From Candidatus Omnitrophota bacterium (GTDB taxonomy: Bacteria; Omnitrophota; Gorgyraeia; Duberdicusellales; 4484-171), in assembly GCA_037146775.1 (NCBI GenBank), contig JBAWWL010000001.1, forward strand, positions 5,464 through 69,463: a stretch of 64,000 nucleotides of DNA, given 5' to 3'. How positions within the stretch are numbered: the stretch's first letter is position 1; each line of letters begins with the position of its first letter. The notes beneath the pieces were generated by a model. That model was not told the origin of the DNA. It did no database searches and saw only the letters and a list, made by a program, of their open reading frames with translations. Position numbers and translations under genes: made by a program. Below are positions 63,001-64,000 of this stretch, piece after piece.

Positions 63001-64000
63001 GGGAGTATGTCCTATCTAGTTTAGGTGAGTGGGCTTGTAGTCAACGCAGGCAATTGGCCGTCATAGCTCATTTTGCGGACGAAGAATTTGCTAATCTTTG
63101 GTTTACTAAACGTCTAGTTGGTGCAGTTGCGAAAAAATATAACGAATATCTTTCCTTGCAGGTAACTTATCGGGCACTTAATCCTTATGAATCTAAAGAA
63201 TTAAGCCGGATGCAATTTGACGCTTATGATTTGATTTGGTCTCCAGGAGTTTATCGGCTGCATTCCTATAATAATAGTCAGTATATACCTTATGCTTGGA
63301 TGCCGCAAATACAGGAAATTGTTAGGGGTCTTTCCGCTCTTCTGGTAAATCACGGGTATTGGGTAGTAGAGAATGTTGATTATTCTTTAGCAGGCACAAT
63401 GGTATTAAACGCTGAATCGATATTACTTACTCAAACACCGCCTAAAAATGCCCAAAGAGGACAGCCATTTTCCGGAATATTTACTTATCCTGGTTTAAGC
63501 GGTTTATTTGCCAGCGAATTAGGCGTTACGGAGCTTGGCGCAAGAGGCGCAGATGTTTTCAGCGGTATATATCAAAAAAGAGTATCATCTTCTCTTAGTG
63601 ACGCCTGCAATCACTCGTTCGATGCTAGAGCGTTTGTTGATTATTTTGTCCGCACTACTGAGTATTATGCCGATCATGAGCATAAACTTTCTTTTAGTCA
63701 GCTGAATAATTTTACCGCATGGGGCATCCCGTCTGCAGAATATTTCCCCAAAAATTGTGATGGTTCATTTCGGACTTTTACTCGCAGCGAAGTAAAAGCT
63801 GTTTTAGAAGAAGCCATATCCCGATTAGGAAACGCTGGCGATAGTAATTTCATAAGTAAACATAAAGATATTCTTGACGTGCCTCCGTCGGCATATCCGA
63901 TGTACAGACATTTAATGTTTTTCATGTATATAGCGCCGGCAGTAAAAGAAGCTTTATGCAAGATCTACCCTCAGCATCGTTTAATTGCAGTAGGCAGGGA
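1..64000 (+). CDS. Giant multidomain protein, internal fragment. Partial at both ends, with at least 21,332 codons inside the window. First complete codon is nt 3-5; last complete codon ends at nt 63998.
   Basis: I translated frame 3 by eye across the full window and found no in-frame stop. Start-of-window, middle (nt 9000, 20040) and end-of-window phases all agree (codon starts congruent to 0 mod 3). Every + strand ORF in the supplied track is in the other two frames, and all track ORFs are at most 182 aa, as expected for shadows of one unterminated ORF. Numerous recognisable enzyme motifs occur in this frame (see the domain features below). Confidence 0.9.
3..1110 (+). other. Domain: GT-B glycosyltransferase, GT4 / Glycos_transf_1-like, N- and C-terminal halves.
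   Basis: C-terminal half motifs PNRIVREKDPIAIVKAFEML (nt ~553-612), LLIIGS, and EGTSGILEEAQLMTAPIITTRAGGNAQTV (nt 837-917). The last matches the canonical EGFG..LEAMA.G.PVIAT..GG motif of retaining GT4 enzymes. A Rossmann-like N-terminal half precedes it. Confidence 0.7.
5650..6800 (+). other. Domain: Glu/Leu/Phe/Val (ELFV) amino-acid dehydrogenase-like, with a glutamate dehydrogenase-type NAD(P)-binding core.
   Basis: IGKGGDRIT (nt 5694-5720), resembling the catalytic GGxKGG region. TSRGVVQG, resembling ATGRGV. LIQGFGDVGSGIAK (nt 6172-6213), the GFGNVG dinucleotide loop. ISEGANNAIKMD (nt ~6640-6675), resembling EGANGPTT. NGGGIYTSKEDI, resembling NAGGVTVSYFEW. Confidence 0.5.
7700..8000 (+). 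other. Domain: minimal nucleotidyltransferase (Pol-beta-like NTase fold).
   Basis: IWAFGDVGDTERARPNSDLDFIIEV (nt ~7768-7845). This matches the G[SD]xxxGxxxxxSD[LI]D signature of the GlnE/GlnD/KNTase nucleotidyltransferase superfamily. Confidence 0.5.
8270..9250 (+). other. Domain: Ser/Thr protein kinase-like module 1, a probable pseudokinase or atypical kinase.
   Basis: Gly loop IGQGASAKIFKV (nt 8292-8327). Beta3 Lys in FALKIY. Catalytic loop LVKELKPENIIV (nt 8760-8795) with Glu where the HRD Asp is expected. VDQDG in the DFG position. Subdomain IX WDIYSFGMVLLEIL (nt ~8982-9030). Confidence 0.65.
11990..12500 (+). other. Possible GHKL/HATPase_c-like segment (weak).
   Basis: LEFFDNGVGIPYQIL resembles the DxGxG (D-box) of histidine-kinase-type ATPases. 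The downstream LGLYLGRNGQGMLNVFKVL is a weak G-box. No clear N-box. Confidence 0.2.
15480..17400 (+). other. Domain: GH77 4-alpha-glucanotransferase (amylomaltase / MalQ-like) with a C-terminal alpha-amylase-type beta-sandwich.
   Basis: RILGDIPYF (nt ~15950-15980), resembling the GH77 GDLPI[FY]V motif. GWRLDGLHFYG (nt ~16425-16455), resembling WRIDHFRGF. VVDTHDSQRW (nt ~16701-16735), resembling YTGTHDNDT. C-terminal SVYSFVKSYQDNRLVCVANLSAA...GQVAVFKL is typical of an alpha-amylase C-terminal domain. Confidence 0.65.
17420..20340 (+). other. Domain: glycogen debranching enzyme-like, with FN3/beta-sandwich N-terminal modules and a GDE_C amylo-alpha-1,6-glucosidase catalytic domain.
   Basis: Catalytic part: YTIIAGYPWFADWGRDTF (nt ~19125-19185) matches the GDE_C signature AGYPWF.DWGRDT. 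YHNGTVWSH and DQAWGVA (nt ~20280-20315) resemble the YHNG.VWP and SQAWS motifs. Upstream there are FN3-like patterns GLMPGRYEMRF (nt ~17640-17680) and GLAPGSYDIEFYW (nt ~18690-18740). Confidence 0.65.
24080..24700 (+). other. Possible fourth, highly degenerate kinase-like module.
   Basis: IVGQLWASGRNLYARLSDGRRLVIKLVN resembles the Gly-loop and beta3 region of modules 1-3. YIAPENEAV and QDDPS stand in the catalytic-loop and DFG positions. WFPERNILTGIWDRASLARWGVFL stands in the WDIYSFG position. Confidence 0.25.
28030..28400 (+). repeat. Low-complexity linker: a K/R/E-rich charged segment followed by a T/Q/V/A-rich segment.
   Basis: Translation ARKEKARKEEKNRKRDAGRG...KGRISKEKARPEKRQRKAS, then TADSEVLATLDPIVVPGDTQSDTATESVVTAQPVVQATMQVQALPGE. 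The nucleotide sequence is an aag/aaa-rich simple sequence at 28040-28200. Confidence 0.6.
28845..29010 (+). other. HTH_XRE (Cro/C1-type helix-turn-helix)-like segment.
   Basis: LTRLRYLGVRSGTYQRISQDVLSQETGLHQQTILYLERGRDNSPLSMEPLIKIIQAL follows the helix-turn-helix consensus L+.lR...glSqeeLA...gvs.stIs+lErG.+.Ps...l.kla.aL. Confidence 0.4.
29810..29995 (+). other. Second HTH-like segment.
   Basis: LRRLGLNLKVLTQTTPIEGKPYTLERMAEALHISKRQLFRIVNAEAPMPYAAFYSMVVSL. Confidence 0.25.
30181..30490 (+). other. Predicted transmembrane hairpin: two or three hydrophobic helices separated by a strongly basic loop.
   Basis: FGAASLTLGVVGIFGAPWIAPFLL (nt 30181-30265), LLALTALGGSGAYVLFV (to nt ~30330), basic RPRLRKRNEQEIHSRPKQRKRDRRKGDINRRQ, then FLGTSLVPLAGSVVMPSLAAWGL (nt 30421-30490). 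Confidence 0.5.
31690..32650 (+). other. Domain: zinc-dependent medium-chain dehydrogenase/reductase (MDR, alcohol/threonine dehydrogenase-like).
   Basis: VKVLLCGICRAD (nt ~31775-31812), GHELVGEVV (nt 31857-31883, the zinc-ligand GHE motif), GDKVV, and the Rossmann loop VAIIGAGNAGL (nt ~32134-32166). Confidence 0.6.
34340..35000 (+). other. Domain: SGNH/GDSL hydrolase.
   Basis: Block I ILCVGDSITRG (GDS at nt 34365-34373). Block III LLHAGTNDIS (nt ~34606-34640). Block V DPWHPNDRGYEVMAEAW (nt ~34926-34975). Confidence 0.6.
35763..35840 (+). repeat. In-frame direct repeat, left copy. Encodes RFVHFRLRQGFGGQAGRQHNSASSPL.
   Basis: About 78 nt with roughly 80% identity to nt 38307-38384. The shared core is cgcctacgccaa.gcttcgg.gggcaggcaggacgtca. 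The copies are exactly 2544 nt (848 codons) apart and in the same frame. Confidence 0.75.
36390..38270 (+). other. glgB: Domain: 1,4-alpha-glucan branching enzyme (GlgB, GH13_9), near full length with the CBM48-like N-terminal region.
   Basis: By my by-eye recall of enterobacterial GlgB, the recalled segments are roughly half or more identical over about 620 aa. Shared motifs: YEKLGAH, IYEVHLGSW, GFTHVELLPI.EH.F.GSWGYQ, DFVPAHFP, IDGLRFDAVASM.Y.DY, GGRENLEAIELL (nt 37380-37415), LTIAEESTAWP, LSHDEVVH, MPGDQWQKFANLR, and [22 protein letters not shown]. Confidence 0.85.
38307..38384 (+). repeat. In-frame direct repeat, right copy. Encodes SFARSRLRQSFGGQAGRQCDSVSSPG.
   Basis: Matches nt 35763-35840 (see the left copy). 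Together the two copies bracket the GlgB module. Confidence 0.75.
38540..38880 (+). other. Domain: class I SAM-dependent methyltransferase (Methyltransf_11/25-like).
   Basis: Motif I LRGVNIGCGDS (nt ~38580-38605). Post-I FIDVDL. Motif II ADAENLP...YDFTI. Motif III LRILHPNGRAF. Confidence 0.6.
42420..42850 (+). other. Domain: low-molecular-weight protein tyrosine phosphatase (LMW-PTP / ArsC-like fold).
   Basis: P-loop VLILCSANENRS, which is CX5R(S). The Cys is at nt 42438-42440 and the Arg at 42456-42458. The DP general-acid motif in YTDLPDP lies about 129 aa downstream (nt ~42812-42835), the correct spacing for LMW-PTPs. Confidence 0.6.
43020..43900 (+). other. Domain: Ser/Thr protein kinase-like module 2.
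   Basis: LSDLDLSRKEFITRGRYGLLFKV (Gly loop). AAVLKIY (beta3 Lys). Catalytic loop LIIRDIKPSNIMV (Asp at nt 43503-43505). LADLEGAF in the DFG position. WDIYAFGMVLAQIIF (nt ~43730-43775). Confidence 0.7.
49658..49690 (+). repeat. Heptanucleotide microsatellite (cagaggt) x3, then cagaagt, then cagaa, inside the ORF.
   Basis: Directly visible: cagaggtcagaggtcagaggtcagaagtcagaa. Translated as RGQRSEVRSQN, within an S/P-rich probable linker. Confidence 0.8.
50190..51515 (+). repeat. Tandem intragenic duplication of a 221-codon Rossmann/methyltransferase-like module.
   Basis: Unit A begins VHYYRRGSRFYDEFKG (cat at nt 50229). Unit B begins VHYYKPGTEFFDGFRV (cat at nt 50892). The offset is 663 nt, or 221 codons. 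The units are collinear and about 45% identical at the aa level. Shared features: LEVVLDIPAI / LELVLSIPAI, NIGSGRN / NIGCGRN, ALWWDL, AWSII, and both end AKAIILQK(V/A)SSAL. The unit ends are about 85% identical at the nt level (50811-50852 versus 51470-51511). Confidence 0.7.
51520..52400 (+). other. Domain: Ser/Thr protein kinase-like module 3.
   Basis: LRDLDLKRQELIERGGFAAVYKV (Gly loop, nt ~51530-51590). YAVKVY (beta3 Lys). HSQGLIIKDLKPSNI (nt 51960-52004, Asp at 51984-51986). LVDMDAA in the DFG position. WDIYSFGLILAETL (nt ~52250-52295). Confidence 0.7.
53250..54200 (+). other. Domain: phosphate acetyl/butyryl-transferase-like (PTA_PTB/PlsX fold).
   Basis: C-terminal AICILSHAGTFPT (nt ~53840-53870) and AKAIICPDIDSANIIYKA (nt ~53903-53950) resemble the PTA motifs VA.LS.ST.GS and ADVLIFPDLEAGNIGYK. 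The N-terminal part KIGIVVPVAESKTVLSAVSQL...IILTGD is compatible with the PTA Rossmann half. Confidence 0.45.
55590..55960 (+). other. Domain: class I SAM-dependent methyltransferase.
   Basis: Motif I ARVLDVATGNGVVA (nt ~55644-55672). Post-I LHAMDIA. Motif II SAEDL...HFDAVTCMHGWEY. Motif III IRVLLIPNGRVRF. Confidence 0.65.
57900..58280 (+). other. Domain: GHKL ATPase (HATPase_c; histidine-kinase / anti-sigma-factor-kinase type).
   Basis: N-box CRELLVNAIKYS (nt ~57937-57975). D-box CDQGIGVMPDEL (nt ~58066-58100). G-box DQGAGLGIGWCVKIIE (nt ~58160-58205). Then GGTFTIESEGIDKGTISTLRIP. No recognisable His-containing HisKA motif lies upstream. Confidence 0.6.

Noticed and set aside
1-64000. Alternative explanation: an operon of separate glycogen, kinase and methyltransferase genes rather than one gene.
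   Set aside because: No stop codon separates any of the modules in frame 3, and no module starts in a different frame. Inter-module segments are translated linkers, not intergenic spacers with RBS or promoter features.
1-64000. Alternative genetic code (stop-codon reassignment) as the reason for missing long ORFs in the track.
   Set aside because: It is not needed. Frame +3 is open under the standard code, while the other five frames show ordinary stop density including TGA, TAA and TAG. So stops are still used as stops. The track simply does not report an ORF that never terminates inside the window.

Overview
The whole 64 kb window is the interior of a single uninterrupted ORF on the + strand. 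Reading frame 3, whose first full codon is at nt 3, contains no TAA, TAG or TGA from nt 3 to nt 64000, which is at least 21,332 codons. There is no start or stop in the window, so the gene continues past both edges. I read this frame codon by codon by eye, and the ORF track agrees: every listed + strand ORF lies in the other two frames, and all listed ORFs are at most 182 aa. The track evidently omits this frame because it never terminates. The five other frames show normal stop density, so the standard genetic code is in use and the window is coding. The window is therefore a fragment of a bacterial 'giant gene' encoding a megaprotein built as a mosaic of otherwise free-standing enzyme and signalling domains. 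All domain calls below rest on hand-recognised motifs; no HMM or BLAST was run.

- **Alpha-glucan (glycogen) enzymes:** a GT4-type glycosyltransferase, a GH77 4-alpha-glucanotransferase, a GDE-type amylo-alpha-1,6-glucosidase, and a near full-length GlgB branching enzyme, which is flanked by 78 bp in-frame direct repeats.
- **Kinase-like modules:** three clearly paralogous Ser/Thr kinase-like modules, one carrying Asp to Glu at the catalytic position, plus a fourth degenerate one.
- **Other catalytic and signalling domains:** an LMW protein tyrosine phosphatase, several class I SAM methyltransferases, an ELFV (glutamate-type) dehydrogenase-like domain, a minimal nucleotidyltransferase, a zinc MDR dehydrogenase, an SGNH hydrolase, a PTA/PTB-like domain, a GHKL ATPase, and HTH_XRE-like segments.
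- **Structural segments:** an internal transmembrane hairpin and low-complexity linkers.

I found no rRNA, tRNA, CRISPR array, IS element, promoter or terminator. None is expected inside one continuous CDS. All short ORFs in the supplied track are alternative-frame or antisense shadows of the giant ORF.
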